Source: Octopus vulgaris (taxonomy: Eukaryota). From it: a DNA stretch of 64,000 nt. Under the pieces are notes generated by a model. That model worked only from the letters and a program-made list of their open reading frames with translations, searched no databases and had not been told where the DNA came from. The stretch is taken from positions 161,448,001 through 161,512,000 of the forward strand of contig OX597817.1 of assembly GCA_951406725.2 (NCBI GenBank), in the 5' to 3' direction. Below, piece by piece: positions 40,690-54,992 of the stretch. Numbering within the stretch: position 1 is the first letter of the stretch; every line of letters begins with the position of its first letter. The translations under genes and the position numbers were made by a program.

Positions 40690-42061
40690 TTAAGACACGT
40701 AGTTTAGTGGTTAAGGTACTCGGTTCAAGATCATAAGGTCGATTCCCAGTGGGATGTTGTGGCCTTGAGCAAGACACTTTATTTCCCATTGCTGACAAAA
40801 TTCCACCCAGCTGACAAAAATGAGTTGTACCTGTATTTCAAAGGGCTAGCCTTGCTACATTATATCAATGATGAATCTCGCTGACAACTATATTAAGGGT
40901 ATGTTTCTGTGCACACAGCCAATTGCACATCAATTTCATGAGCAGGCTGTTCTGTTGATTGGATCAACTGGAACTGATGTTGCCATAATCAATGGAATGC
41001 TAATTTAGGAGCTGATGTCCACTATTGCTAGATTTCCTGAGGTAATCATCTTCAAACTTCATACTACTTGGACTAAGAAGCAGTACTACAAATAAAAACT
41101 CCATACCACAACCAGAGAGGATTTGTCTATTGCCGTAACTACCACCATAAGCAATTAGATCCTGGATTTTCAAACAAGAATTGAAAATTAAGTCTGAATG
41201 TTTCTGCAAGCTTCTTTCCAATGTTCTCTAGACTTGAAGGAGTGTCCAATATAGTAAGACACCATACCATCTTCTGGAAAATTTTCAATATAGAAATAAA
41301 ATAATTACCTATTTCTTTACTACCCACAAGGGGCTTAACACAGAGAGGACAAACAAACGGATTAAGTCGATTATATCGACCCCAGTGCGTAACTGATACT
41401 GAATTTATCGATTCCGAAAGGATGAAAGGCAAAGTCGACCTTGGCGGAATTTGAACTCAGAATGTAGTGGCAGACGAAATACGGCTACGCATTTCGCCCA
41501 GTGTGCTAACATTTCAGCCAGATCGCCAGAAATAAAATAATTACCATTAGAATGATATAGTGCCCAATGTAATTATAGACTCCATAGCACTAGGTGGACA
41601 TAGCCACAGCTGCAGTAATCACTTCTTTTAACTATGACTTCAAGGGCTTCTTTCATCAACACTGATGAAGGTGGCAAGCTAGCATTTCATTTGTCTTTAC
41701 ATTTTGAGTTCAAATTCTGCTGAGATCGAATTTTGCCTTTCAGGGTTCATAAAAATAATTACCGATCAAGTACTGAAGTCAATGAAATCAACTTGCCCCT
41801 ACCTGGCCTTGTGCCTCTAGATTATAAAATGTCTTTCCCTGTCTCTTTAACTTCTCAATCTGAATTTTTCTAAGGTTGATTTAACCCTTCAGTACAATCA
41901 TTGGCAATCTGTGGCGCATGGTTGTTTCTGAATGGCACACCTAATGACAAATAACCTTGAATTTTACAAGTGCTGTCAACCTGATGATAAGCTGTCTCAT
42001 ATGGCCCACTTCTCAAAAAAAAAAAAAAAAAAAAAATGCTCACGCTTGCTTTGCCATTTAA

Positions 42062-42275
42062 CCCTTTCGTTACCAATCCAGCTGAAACCGGCTCTGAGTG
42101 CAAATGTCTTGTTTTCATAAGTTTTGAATTAAAATCTTCCACCAAACTTTAGTCACAATTTATGTTGCTAACACTAGCTGAATGATAACTAAGTTATTTT
42201 ACTAAATTCTTTGTTATATTTAAAGTAATTGAAAGAAATGCAGAGCATCTCAAAATAAATACAGTAATGAAAGGG
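42062..42275. mobile_element. piggyBac-type TTAA MITE family 1 (opposite orientation)
   Basis: TTAA TSDs and the same TIRs; interior is the reverse complement of the other copies. Confidence 0.85.
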
Positions 42276-45143
42276 TTAAACCAATTTCTAGAACAAACAT
42301 TCTGCTTCATGTTTATAACAGCTAGATCTAGCCTCTTACACTTACCCTACAATGTCATTCTAAAAATAAACCACCACCACATTGAAATCTTAGAGCTACT
42401 AAAATTAATGCATAATTAATTCAAAACAATGTGAATAAATAAGCATTACATTTGACTAAGTGGAGGCACATGGCCTAGTGGTCAGAGCAGCGGATTCGTG
42501 GTCAAGGGATTGCAGGTTTGAATCTCAGACTGGGCGATGTGTGTTTATGAGCGAAACACCTAAGCCCCACGCAGCTCCGGCAGAAGGTAATGGCGAACTT
42601 CTGCTGACTCTTTCGCCACAACTTTCTCTCACTCTTTCCTCCTGCATCTTGCAGCTTACCTGCGACAGACTGGCGTCCCATCCAGGTGGGGAACCTATAT
42701 GCCAAAGAAACTGGCCCTATGAGCCAGGCATGGCTTGAGAAGGAACAAACAAACATTTGACAAAATAATCTATTAAAGAGTGAATCCACATAATTTATGG
42801 TAGGATACCAGTTTAATACCTTAAATTCCAAGTCAAAATATCTCTGGAGTCAACTGAATCAAGCCAAGCAAAATGAAATTAATTAAACTTTCCTTTCATG
42901 GGGCAATCTATAAAGCATTGGTTTGGTTTATTGTAATCTGACCAATTCAGAATAATTTATTTACTGCTGAATTTGGAGCTCATATCACTTTATCTCCCAA
43001 TAAATTTCTGGATTTGTGACAATAGTAGAAATTATTATCATTGAAGACTGGGTCTCTGGATTTACTTGTATCACAGTCTTGGTAATAACATTCATTCTCC
43101 TTTCAAGTAACTTCAGTTAGATGCTCACAGGGCAGGAAGCCCTTTTTGTTCCTGCTAAATTACGAAGACATTGCAAATGAAGTGTTAACCAACAGCCAAC
43201 ACAAGTTTACAATAATCATCATCATCGTTTAACATCCGTTTTCCATGCCTAGCATGGGTTGGACGGTTCGACTGGGGTCAGGGAAGCCAGGAGGCTGCAC
43301 CAGGCTCCAGTCTGATCTGGCAGTGTTTCTACAGCTGGATGCCCTTCCTAATGCCAACCACTCCGTGAGTGTAGTGGGTGCTTTTTAACATGCCAGGCAA
43401 GGCTGGCAACGGCCACGATCGGTTGGTGTTTTTTACGTGACACCGGCATGGAAGCCAGTAAAGGCAGCGCTGGCATCAGCCACGTTCGGATGGTGCTTTT
43501 TACGTGCCAATATGTGAATCAGCATCAAGCAAACGCCATCTTGAAATAAACCCTGAGAGAGCCAGCCACTGGATATGGCTGAAAAGGGATGATGAAACCT
43601 GAATAGAAAAATGATGTATAGGTGTGATGCAGGTACCTGTTTGTCTGAGCCAGTCAACCCAACAGAGGTTGGGGTGCAGTGCACTGTTAAGCTATCAAGA
43701 GTATGGCCCCTGAAATGGTGTGCCTTCTCTCCTACTGGTGTCCAATATGCAAAACTTTCGATTGACAGCATTTACACAAGCAAGCTGTCTACTTCAAATA
43801 CCTGTCATTCCTTCTATATAACAAAAACTATAGGCACATGCATGACTGTGTGGTTAATAAGTTCATTTTCCAAACACAAAGTTTTGGGTTCAGTCCCACT
43901 ATATGGCACCTTGGGTAAATAGCCAAAACCTTATCAGTGGATTTGGTAAATGAAGATTGAGCAGAAGCCTGTTATATGTGTCTGTGTGGTCTTAATATTG
44001 TGAAATAGTTAGAAAGAAAGGTCACCATAATGCATGCAATATATGCTTGGAAACTGGTGAATGTTGGCAACAGGAAATGCATCCATACAAAAATCCGCCT
44101 CAACAAATCCTGAACAGGGGAAAATGAATGCTTAACTCTTAAGCATTCAGATTTCTTTGTCAAATGTTTTGCCTATCTATTCACCACTGTTTTGAGTTAA
44201 TCATCCATTATCACACGGCTTCAAGATTTACATAGTGTGATTGCTTATTTTTAGGACATTGTAGGGTAGGTGTGAGAAGCTGAACCTGGTAGGTTTAAAT
44301 ACAAAACAGAATATTTTGGCTAAATATAGCCAGTTTGAATACAAAGGGTTAAACCATGTATTCAATCTACTTTTACCAATCAATAACTTAGACAGATCAG
44401 CTCATCATCTTTGTGTTCGAAAGGTCATTCAATTTAAGAATAACTTCAGAAATGCAAAACCTTAATGTTTTCATCAATAGGTTCAAATCTCCATAAGGTC
44501 ATTATTACTAGTCTTTGTTTAGAAATAAGTTTTCAATTTCCTTTTTTCTGGTACCAAATTTGTTCTGGAGACAAAACTGATCAAAATGTATAGACATAAA
44601 TCCTCAATATCATTTATCATTCACTTTTCCTTTCCTGCCTGTATGGGTCAGACGAATTTGTTGAGACAGATTTTCTATAACTAGATCCTCATCCTGTTGA
44701 CCTTCACTTGTTTTCAAAGCAAGGTAAGATAGTATGTATGTGTGTGTATATATATATAAAATCTCTGAAGGCAACTCCAAGAATTATAAATTACATAATT
44801 GCCAAAAAGAGGGGCTGATCTCAAAGAATGTATGCATTTTCTGTCTATTGGGATTCATATTTAACCCTTTCGTTACCAAACCGCCCAAAGCCGCCCGAAA
44901 AAAATTTTGGTTAATGTGACCAAACTGCCCAAAGCCGCCCGAATTTACCTATTCATATTTAAATGAGAATATCAGAGCAAATCTCTTTAGTACATTCGTG
45001 GGAACACGTATTATACTTCGTAAACAGTTCAACTACAGTTTTGTACAATAATCGAAGTGTAATTTTAATTCCGTGAATTTTGGGAGATTTTTTTCCGAAA
45101 TTTGTTCCTATTGTGTTTTCAAAATTTGTAATTCTGACAAAAA

Positions 45144-45620
45144 ATGGATACGAATTTCATTATATCAAGCAGCGAGTCAGAATTCGAAGGATTTTCTACT
45201 GAAGACCTTCATAAATCTAACTCTATGACTGAAAAAAAAAAGCACGTGGTATTTGATAATGAATCTGATGTTTCATTTTCTGAAAGTGAAAACAGTGAAT
45301 CCGAGATCTCCGACAGCGATAAAGAAAATGAATTGGCACCTGAATGGAGTGAAAATTTAAAAACTGTTTCTTTCGGAGATTTTTCTGAAGAAACTGGACC
45401 AAGCCATAGATTTTCCCAGGAGAGTAAAGCCTTAGACTATTTTTTACTTTTTCGAATGAGCCTATTTGAAATCATTACGGCGGAAACGAACCGTTATTGT
45501 AAACGTAAACAAAGCGAAAAAAACGATAGTTTGTGGTTTCCCACAACCTTAAATGAAATTAAGACTATTTTGCCATAAATATTATTATGGGTATCAGAAA
45601 GTTACCCAGAATAACAAATT
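45144..45620 (+). pseudogene. piggyBac transposase fragment (truncated, frameshifted)
   Basis: ETNRY and W.PTT..EI...F...I.MG..KLP motifs typical of the piggyBac/PGBD N-terminal region. The catalytic DDD core is absent. Confidence 0.8.
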
Positions 45621-45858
45621 CTATCGTAAAATTTTCTTGTATACCCAATTGAATATTAGCTAATAACCCATTTTCTATAGCGATGTTTGAACAAAATTTT
45701 AATAATTTTATATTTTGCTAATTTACCTGTATCTACCTGCAATTAGAGTCACTTTGTGACAAAAATTATAGTATAGAATTGGTTGAGAATATTTCATTAA
45801 ATTATCTTCCAAAAATCAGATTAATATATTGATAAATAAAAAAGTTATAGTTGTTTAA

Positions 45859-46078
45859 CCCTTTAGCATTCAGATTATTCTGTCAAATGTAAAGTTTATA
45901 TATTCACACCATGTAAAATTAATCTTGCATCATTTCATGGCTTTGAGATTTCAGTGATGTGATTGTTTATTTTTAAAATGACAGAATAAGGTAGCAATGA
46001 ATGACCATATCTGACTAGTTTGAACATAAAATAGGTAGAATATTTTGGCCGGATATGGCCGGTTTAAACACTAAAGGG
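45859..46078. mobile_element. TTAA MITE family 2 nested in the piggyBac remnant
   Basis: TTAA-CCCTTTAGCATT...CTAAAGGG-TTAA. Partial copies at ~25790-26176, 39390-39568, 44130-44353 and 42280-42455. Confidence 0.8.
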
Positions 46079-49000
46079 TTAATGAAACCAGACTAAATTT
46101 ATGATTACGTTAGAAATTAATTGAAACACATGTATTTTGGTCAGAAATATAGTAACGAAAGGGTTAAAGAGTTACAGATAACACCTGCCTACTTTGACAT
46201 TAAATTATCAATAGTTTTGGTCTCCATTAGAAATTTTTTTTTTTTGAAAGCAAAAATAAAACAATCTGCCTTTAGTTTGTATGCAAAACCTACTTCTTTT
46301 AAAGTATTTATGTGAAAATTATAACTTGTTATTTTGTTCTTAACAGCAACGTCTATTTCGCCAACAGTACTTTTGGAGGCAAACATACTTATGCATGCAA
46401 TAATATCCACATAGAGACAGAACACAGTTATCATTTTCTAAACCAGCATGGTGTGTGTATGAATAGAAACATTTAAAATATCCAACCAGGTCAGTGTTGA
46501 ATTAGAGACACCAAATAAACGGAGTCAAACCAGGTGTGCCCAATACAGTACAGTTACTTCCCAAAAGTTTACAATTCATTGAAATTGCCTGCTGATCAGC
46601 TGGCAAAGGAAAAATACTTATTGCCCTTGGGTTTGATTTTATTTGCTAGTCACAAATTGCCTTTTAGGCCTAGGTTACTAACCTTCCAGAGACTGCACAC
46701 CTCAGGCTTAGGCTTATTCATATGAGCAACCCATGTACTATTTTAATTAAAATCTTCTGCAAAATTTTATGAAAAAAATATAGCCACAAAAGGGTTAAAT
46801 CAATATCACTTAAGAACTTCATTTGAAACAATTGACTAGATTCATAATATGAAAAGTGGACAAGAAGCAAACACAAAACCCCCTGAACTATACCACACTG
46901 TATTTCTATGAAGAAGTGCAACACTGCGACAAAGATAACGAAGAAGGGAACTGCATGAGCTGAAGTAGAATATAACCTGAAATCAGAAAATTGTTCAAAA
47001 TCTTATTTCAGGTACATAATAATTATTTGTTTGGAGCCCTGTTCCTTTTTCTACCCCTTACTTGATGAATAATAATAGCAGAAAAAGAAATGCAGAACCA
47101 ATGTAGTAAATGAGGTGGCTTGTTTTTGGGTTTTGTTCCCAGCATGTTCACAAGTCATGTAAACATTACAGACATACTTTAATGTTAAATAAAAGTATTA
47201 AGGGATAACACAGAAACTGGAAATCAAATTTTCTAAGCAGAGTAGAATTTTAAGAATTGTAGTGTTTAATGTTTTATATGAGGGTAAATCATAATAATAT
47301 AATGGTAAAAACTAGCCTGTTAACTCTATATATTACCCATTATTCATAGCCCACACATCTCTTAACTTACCTGCAAATCTCAAATTATTTACATATGTAT
47401 GAGAGAGAGATTCAATGTTCTCTTTGGAATCAGGAACCTTATTTCAAAATCTACTCTATTATAATGGAGCAAGTTTTGAAATACCCTATGGCTTGACATG
47501 ATGTATATCCTTTAATCACTGATAACCTACATCACATTTAAAAGAAAAGCCTTTACTTCGTTATTCAAATGCTGCCCTCTCCAAGAACACTACCTTTATT
47601 GTTTCTGCATTAACCCATACACTGTAGTTAATCAAAACAGTATTTTATACTTGCCTGATCTAATCCCACCATCCATAATTATATGTTCTTCAACCCCCAA
47701 TCACTACATTCACAACAGGTATTCTGAACATCATCCTTCTATATTATATTTTAAATATGAATTTCCACTATTACAAACAATGAAATCCAGCATTCATTCA
47801 AGCCTTCTGATCCATGTATATAAAAAGAAGGAAACTGACCTCTAGAGAAATATCAAGTGAGAGCTGATCAAAGAAGGAGCAAAGACAGAAAGAAGTAATA
47901 CTGTGAGAAAGGTAAGAGAGAGGAAAGCCAGCAGTAGCCCAACCAGTTTGGGGGCAGTAAGAGGAAGCTTGCCAGCTAATTTTTACTATAAGTTGCTTTA
48001 CAGCAAAAAAAGAAACACTTGGTTGTGAATAAATGTTTTATTATCTATACAGGACATACAAAATGAAAATGTTTAGTTTGAAGCAATTATCTCCAAAATT
48101 GGAAATTCACCTATTAAACTGGTTGGGTGATAAGAGTGCCATGGCCACTGGAGGGGGTCGAGAGAAGGGGAGAAAAGAGATGGATGGAAAAAGAGATACT
48201 TACAGTGAAATGAAACAGTGTGGTAAGCCCATTGCTAGGTGGGTTGCAATTTTCACAGACCAAGGCACACAGCTTGTGAAATATTAATGACTGGCATCGA
48301 TCTTTCACTGAGGCTAAGATATATTTCTCATATGAACCATGGCCAAAATACCACACGCACACACACTCACATAATATGGGCTAATGATAATGAGAACTTC
48401 ACAAAACTACATGTTCCAGATTTTCAACAAAAATGGCAATAAGTGCAACTGCAGCTATCCTGCTGCATTCATACAGTTTTAGAATCACCAGTGCTGCTTA
48501 TTCTTGAGATGTCGTATGAATTTTAAGATTGGTTAACAGACATTCTAGCAAAGCTGGTCAATGAACATCAAAGGCACTTGGTTATGTCACCTTTTAAAAT
48601 GAGAACTCAACATGTCCAATAAAATCTAGCACGAATTGAAAGAAAAATAATTAAAGAGCCACATTATGGTATTCCTAGTTTGACAGCCAAGTGAAATAAA
48701 TTCATATTTTTAAATACATCTTATCTTAGTAAAGTTTAAAATTAACATAAAAAAAAAACGGCTTCCTGTTGTTAGAACTATCTTTGAGAGACTATTATTT
48801 GTGGTTCAAACATTCATGCAGCATTATTGAAGTTTCTGTATCATTATTGAAAATGTTATAGTTATCTGATGACATATACAGCTCCAGTAATTCCTAGCTT
48901 GCAGCTACACTAAGAAAGATTAAAACCCGAACCCAATTGGGTTTCCAACTATTAAAAATACAAAGGGGCAAGCTGTAGCCAACAATATATTCATTCTCTT

Positions 49001-52000
49001 TGGCACCTATAGTATTTTATCACATACACTTTCATTTGATTTAGAACACAGTTCCAAAACAAGACAATCTAGCCAATCTTCCCACCAAGCTATATATACA
49101 GTAGAATAACTGATAATGGGAATAACATTGCACACAGCGAGAAGTAAATATACGCACAAAACAAAACAAAAAAAAAAAGACAACAAATGAAAGCTGACAG
49201 GTTCTGCCAAGTCTAGCCATACATTCAACAGGACCAGCATCATTTGATTGACAACACCCCGTCACACCGGATATCATAGTTATCAGAGCGACAAGGAGTT
49301 GAGATAGATAGGTGAAGCTTAGAATAGAGATAGTAAGTCAATTGGAGGAAAAATGAGGTTTTTGTCATGAAACTGTTTAAAATTGGAGGTATTTTTTTAT
49401 AAATTTGCAGAATATTTCAATTTCAAAGCGAAGTTGATATTCAAGTGGAAATATAACAAGAAAAAAAAAATTAAATACCTTGATGAAAATGTATTAAGAG
49501 ACAATGCAATAATCATGAAAGTTGAATTCTCATATGATTTTATTATATTATTATAGCAGTCAGAAAATGAGCACATCCAAATATGGAAGCTATGTGAATG
49601 GTAGGCAACTCTGAAGTTAAAGATGGATGAGAATATAGTAGAAATAACAATAGTGCTAGAGCAAGTTGTTTCAACATTCTAGCAGGCACAACTAGCTCTA
49701 ATCTCTCAAGTTGCTGCTGTGGTTTAATGAACGTAAGCCTTTCAATGGTGACAAAATAGAAGATAAAAAAAAAAAAAAAAACTAAAATCAAATGTTAAGA
49801 GAATTTTATCTGTGGATTGTAGATGAGGGAGTAAACATCAACATTGACATGTTAAAATAAATAGACACAGCTATTTAAAAAGACATGAGAAGAGAATTGA
49901 AAAAAGTTTTTTTTAAAAAAAAAACAAACAAAAAAAAAACAAAGAGAGATAATAATGAAATTTTACCCAGCTTTGTTTTCAATGGCAATGTTATTTTTGT
50001 ATCTTTAATAAAGTCATTACTGAGTAGTGGTATATCCGACCATTTAATGAGAATGGTAGAAACACTTGGCTTAAGAAACCACAACAGCATAAATATAGGA
50101 TAAGTATTATTGCCACAACTCCACCTTGACTCAACTTCTAAATATATTAACAAAAACCAGACAAATGTTTATAATTGTACAGGTCAGGTTTGTATATTGA
50201 CTGCAATCACATGCAAATAGTTCAAATTATGTAAGTGTATGTATGTGTTTACACATTATACGCACACATACACATCTATCTATATAGATAGATAGATACA
50301 CACACATATATATAGATATATCTATATATATATATGTGTATGTGTGTGTGTGTGTGTGTGTATATTGTGTGTAGATTGAGTAGAAATAAATAGTGTGCTG
50401 TCAGTAATGCTAAAAGAATGGAAGTAAGGAACACTGCTACAATATGGAAATAGGGGCTTCTTCAGTTCACCGATTCCTAAAGGAGGAGAACAGGAAGATT
50501 TTTACTGAAGTTCTTCAGTGTTGGAAGAAAAGACATTTAAACAATTTATCGCTTCATCTGTGGTGTATAAAAATAGGGAAATTGTTAAATGCAAAAACTG
50601 AATCAGTGATAGAGAAAAACCAGCTGTCTGTCAAATATAATTCACAGGAACATATTGCAGATATTGAAATGTAAAAATAGAAATGAAAATTGTTGTAAGA
50701 GTTTATATTAAGCGACAGTATGCTCCTTTGCAGTATTGTAGTTGTAATAGAGATTGAAATTGAGTTAATGTGGCTGCAGCACCAATCTTAGCCCATTTTT
50801 AATGAGTCTGTCCAAGGCAGTGAGAATTAGAGTTCTCTTATATGAAGAGATGTTTGATAATTTGGAGGAGGATGGGATAAATTAAAAACAAAAATGAATC
50901 AAAGAACTAAACCAACAAAGTAACATCTATGTCTAACTTAGAGTTGTTTTAACTTTAGTATAATTTACTGTTGTCAATATTTTTGAATGGGTTGGAGGAG
51001 CAGAGTAAATTAAGGCAAACTTGAAGTGCTATCTTCAAAAGCTTGCAGGGTGCAAACGAATAAAATATATTTGTAATTACAGCAGAAATATATAGCTAAC
51101 TTAAAGGATTTATATAATCGATCCAACCAATAATCTGGTGAAACAACAACAAAAAAAAAAAGGGAGGGGGGGCAGATAGCAAGAGGGAGAGAAAAAGAAT
51201 TATAGGGACAGGGGGAAACAAAAACAAAAAAATATCCTTCATTGATTAGTGGATGACATGAAAAATGAGTAATCCAAAGTGAAGTGGTCTCCAGGTTAAT
51301 CTAGTTGAAGTACTGGCGTACAAGTTCACTCAGTCCAACCAACTAGACTTGTGTGGGAACTGTTGTATTAATTAGCAGAAAATCAACCAATAAAACAGCA
51401 GCGCCGATAACTTATCATTCACCACCAACACCGAGGATTATGGAGAAATTGTTGTTGCCAACCATTCCTTCTTTTCCGACTGTTTTCTGTTTTTATACAG
51501 TTTCCTTGTCAAGACCTTCTAGCAACTGCTCTTATCCTTTTGTTTGTTTGTAACCAACTTCCTAATGAGACAGTAGGAAAGTAGGGAGAGGGGCACTAGG
51601 TTTTGTGGGAACTTTTTTTTCAGTTTTTTTTTTCTTTAACATTTTATCCTCTTTTTTTTTTTCAAAGATTTTTTCCTGTTTTTTTTTTTTTGTTTTGTTA
51701 TTGTTCATTTCATAGAAAATGCTACTGGACTTCTACAATACAAAAGACAAATTTATAATGTAAATTATATAGACAAATATTGTTGAAACCGACCAGCTCT
51801 ATACAGTTGATGATAACCTAAAAGTACACAAGGGCCTGGCTGGGCTTTCCTGTGTCGTTGGATCCCGACTGGTTGCATTGCACATGCACACTTTCACACA
51901 AACCATGCATACATCAAATACATCAAGATGATGTTGTCTCTGGCCAAGAAGACTAATCAAGCTACTCATACAAGAACTATACCGTGGCCAACGGAAGGCT

Positions 52001-52656
52001 TAGTAGCGGAGAAGGCAGCTCAATTAACCAAAGTCATCCATGAAGCACAAGTCCATCATTTTTAGGGTTTACAAACATTTTTTAATTCCCTCAAACTGAT
52101 GATAATGAAGATGTAGTTATAGTAGAAGTCATAGTAGTAGTTGTTGTGGTAGTGATAGTTATAATAGTGGTGATGGTGGTAGTAATAGTAGTAGCATTAG
52201 TAATAGAAGGACCTTCAAACAGTGCCACCGTTCATGCGACAGCAGTCTTGGAGTTGATTTGGTCAGAGAGATGTTCTCTCAGAGAGAGCTAATACAGCAT
52301 GTGATGCCAATGCTCAAGTGATAACACTGTAACAGTTTTGTAGAGTTTGATGAGTTTCTTAAAATGATCTGTTAGCAATAATTTGGCTGGTTTCCTGGTT
52401 AACTAGCTTGTTAACTCCTTCCAACATGACGCCAGTTCCTCTGAAACACCTGTAAGTTGGTGTAGGAGGAGGAGAAGGAAGAGAAGTAGCCAGAAATGAC
52501 ACTGGTTGGCAACAGTGTCTGGCCAATGCTGCTGTCTCAACGCGGCTAACAATATGCCCGCCCACGGCAACAAGACTGGCAGGTGTAGCGGCGGCAGCAG
52601 CAGCAGCAGAGAAGTACCTCAAATACAGATGGTAGTTGAAGAATTATTGTAATGGT

Positions 52657-52783
52657 TCAGTCCAAGATAACTATTGCATCCTGGCCCTCACTATGATGTG
52701 GTCCTGATTTGGCTGGCAGTACACGCCAGGGATTCCTGGCAGCACGTTTGAAGTCCTGTGGCAAGAGCTGTCTTCGCAGTTTT
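52657..52783 (-). CDS. MTA1: MTA-family terminal coding exon (RKLRRQLLPQDFKRAARNPWRVLPAKSGPHHSEGQDAIVILD*)
   Basis: ttttcag acceptor, phase 2. KRAAR motif and terminal IVILD parallel MTA1 RKIRKLL..KRAARRP..PIVIED*. TGA at 52659-52657. Confidence 0.92.
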
Positions 52784-53146
52784 CTGAAAATAGAAGAAAA
52801 AACAAATCATTGAGTATAAAAGTATACACCTACATTCAATGATATCTGTATAATTAATATCTAGCTACTAATAGCTGCTTAGTTATTCGAGGAAACGGTA
52901 CCAAAATATTTTAATGAAACAAAAGTCGAAATACTAGTAGTGCTGTGTTGGGTCTTCAGCAAATATAAGGAACAGATCTCATCCCATAACTAAATTTAAG
53001 TGTTATTTAAAAAAATCATTTGAGGAAACATCTATTTATCTAGGTTTAGACTGCAGTGATTCCACCCTAGGTCATTAATGTCCCCTCATCCTAATATATT
53101 TTCCAATAAAAAACTCAAATGATTCTACATTACCCACTCTCATTAA

Positions 53147-53366
53147 CCCTTTCGTTACTGTATTTATTTTGAGATGCTCTGTGTTTCTTTCAATTGTTTT
53201 AAATATAACAAATAATTTAGTAAAATAACTTAGCTATCATTAAGCTAGTGTTAGGAACGTAAATTGTGACTAAAGCTTGGTGGAATATTCTAATTCAAAA
53301 CTTATGAAAGCAGGACATTTTACCACAGAGCCAGAGCCGGTTTTGGCCGGGTTAGTAACAAAAGGG
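53147..53366. mobile_element. piggyBac-type TTAA MITE family 1 (in an MTA intron)
   Basis: TTAA-CCCTTTCGTTAC...GTAACAAAAGGG-TTAA. Confidence 0.85.
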
Positions 53367-53713
53367 TTAACAAAAACTGAATGTATCATACTACCTAAAG
53401 TGGATATGCAAGTTTCTTGAAAAAATTCAGCTACCTTTAATCTATATATCAGATCAGACAAAACTGGATGAGCTGACAGTAATAAAGACAGAAATTTATC
53501 TGAGGCCTATGAATTTAGGTACAAGGGGTTATTGAGAGTTTCAAGACTGCACAGGCTGTGGTTACATTGTTTGGGAGAGATGCATGCAGAGTTGACAATC
53601 AATGGTAACCAACCTACTGAGTCTGTCTACAAAGAGAAACTATGCTATCTGCCCAAATTTGGTTATTATGCAAGGTTTTCTAATATTGTGTTATTTATGA
53701 TAGCTGACAAATT

Positions 53714-53800
53714 TGAGCACTGAGCCGCCATCAAGTTTTACATCAAGCTGTGTAAAAATGTGCTATAGACACCTTCAAAATGCTTTGTGAAACATTTTGT
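53714..53800 (+). pseudogene. mariner transposase N-terminal remnant
   Basis: EH*AAIKFYIKLCKN/AIDTFKMLCETF resembles the mariner EQR.AIKFC.KLGK.ATET..ML motif; contains a stop and a frameshift. Confidence 0.6.
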
Positions 53801-54072
53801 TGAACTACGTTGAACACAAGTTGCATTCCAAGTATCTGCTCAAGAATATTAAGCAAAAATTGAGCCCATTCATATAATCTATTGTTGAAAAATCCATCAG
53901 CTCCCATAAGACATGGGAGTTTGACAGATTTTCATGTCGTTGTCAAGTTTGTTGCTAAGCTCTTGGCATTGCAAATTGAAATGTGCAGTGTTAATCTTAT
54001 CACGACATTCAAAGAACAGGTCAAGATGCTGATACAAATCATATTACAGGCTGGGTGAAAGTAAATCAATAT

Positions 54073-54620
54073 AAACAGAAGCACTCAGAGAGAACAAACC
54101 TCCACCAAGGCAACACCAAAAGTTTATCAACAATTAACCAGCAATGATTTTTAAAATGAGAATATCAAATAAACTCAACCACTCTCAAAAATCAAGTGAA
54201 AAAAAAAAAAAAATTCAGAGTCCTTGTCCGGTATCTGATCACACCCAATGGTAGTAGTCATGGAATATGAAGGTGGCTGTAGAAAATTTAGTAACAGTAA
54301 TAAATAGTTTATCCTTTTTCTAATACAAGCCAAAACAAATTTGCCATTCAAAATAGTTTCAAAGGGAGATAATTGAGAAAGACTTGAAAGTCAACTTAAG
54401 ATCGTAATCATGTAAAGTAAATATAACAAATAATCCAGAATCCTTGTCCGGAACCTGATCGATCCCCAAATCTAATCAGTTTGTGCCAGCCATGAGGCCA
54501 AACATTGCTGAAAGTTTCATCTGAATCCACACAGCGGTTCTTGAGATATCTTGTCCACGGACAAACAAACAAACATGACTGAAAACAATACCTCTGCCTT
54601 TGCTAAGGCAGAGGTAATAA
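54073..54620 (+). mobile_element. Helentron/HINE-like non-autonomous element
   Basis: 5' aacctccaccaaggc, an internal duplicated ccttgtccgg unit and an (ACAA)n microsatellite. Terminal 12-bp hairpin tacctctgcctt-tgct-aaggcagaggta at 54589-54616. Confidence 0.55.
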
Positions 54621-54858
54621 TTGACTTTCAGCCCACAATAGTGATGGTGAAAGTGATGATAAAAATATTAACAAGCAACTTTTCAGCTTACATTTTGAAT
54701 TTATCATTAAGTAAAACTAGGCCAGTTTCATACATAAAAGGCACTTAGGATTACCATTTTTAAAAGTTAACACTGTATACATAAAATATTAAAGTAGCCA
54801 AATGGTACACAAGTTCATGAAACCTGAATCTAAAAGATAATGTATAATTAGGGTTTAC

Positions 54859-54992
54859 CTAGTTGCATCCGTGGCCAAAAAGTAAACATCATCTGGAGCA
54901 TCAATCCAGCTGATCATGTGCATTTTCATAGGCCTTATTCCAGAGGTTTTGCTTCGGCCGTTCATATTGTTGCGGTTTATGACTGATCCTCG
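54859..54992 (-). CDS. MTA1: MTA-family exon (RGSVINRNNMNGRSKTSGIRPMKMHMISWIDAPDDVYFLATDAT)
   Basis: ctttctctttcag acceptor and AG|GTAAAC donor; only one frame is open. WIDAPDDVYF.AT resembles human MTA1 WIDAPDDVFYMATEETR. Confidence 0.92.

Larger units (their letters stand above)
44865..46163 (+). mobile_element. Internally deleted piggyBac element with transposase N-terminal remnant
   Basis: TTAA-CCCTTTCGTTAC...GTAACGAAAGGG-TTAA. ORF 45144-45578 has an acidic N-terminus, then LFEIITAETNRY..WFPTTLNEIK; a frameshifted continuation reads YFAINIIMGIRKLP. Confidence 0.88.

Noticed and set aside
41590-41650. THAP-like CSNHF motif
   Set aside because: Too short, with no other THAP residues or open frame to support it.
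52359-52622. 87-aa minus-strand ORF with poly-Ala
   Set aside because: Lies just 3' of the MTA stop, starts at TTG and has no recognisable domain; treated as 3'UTR.
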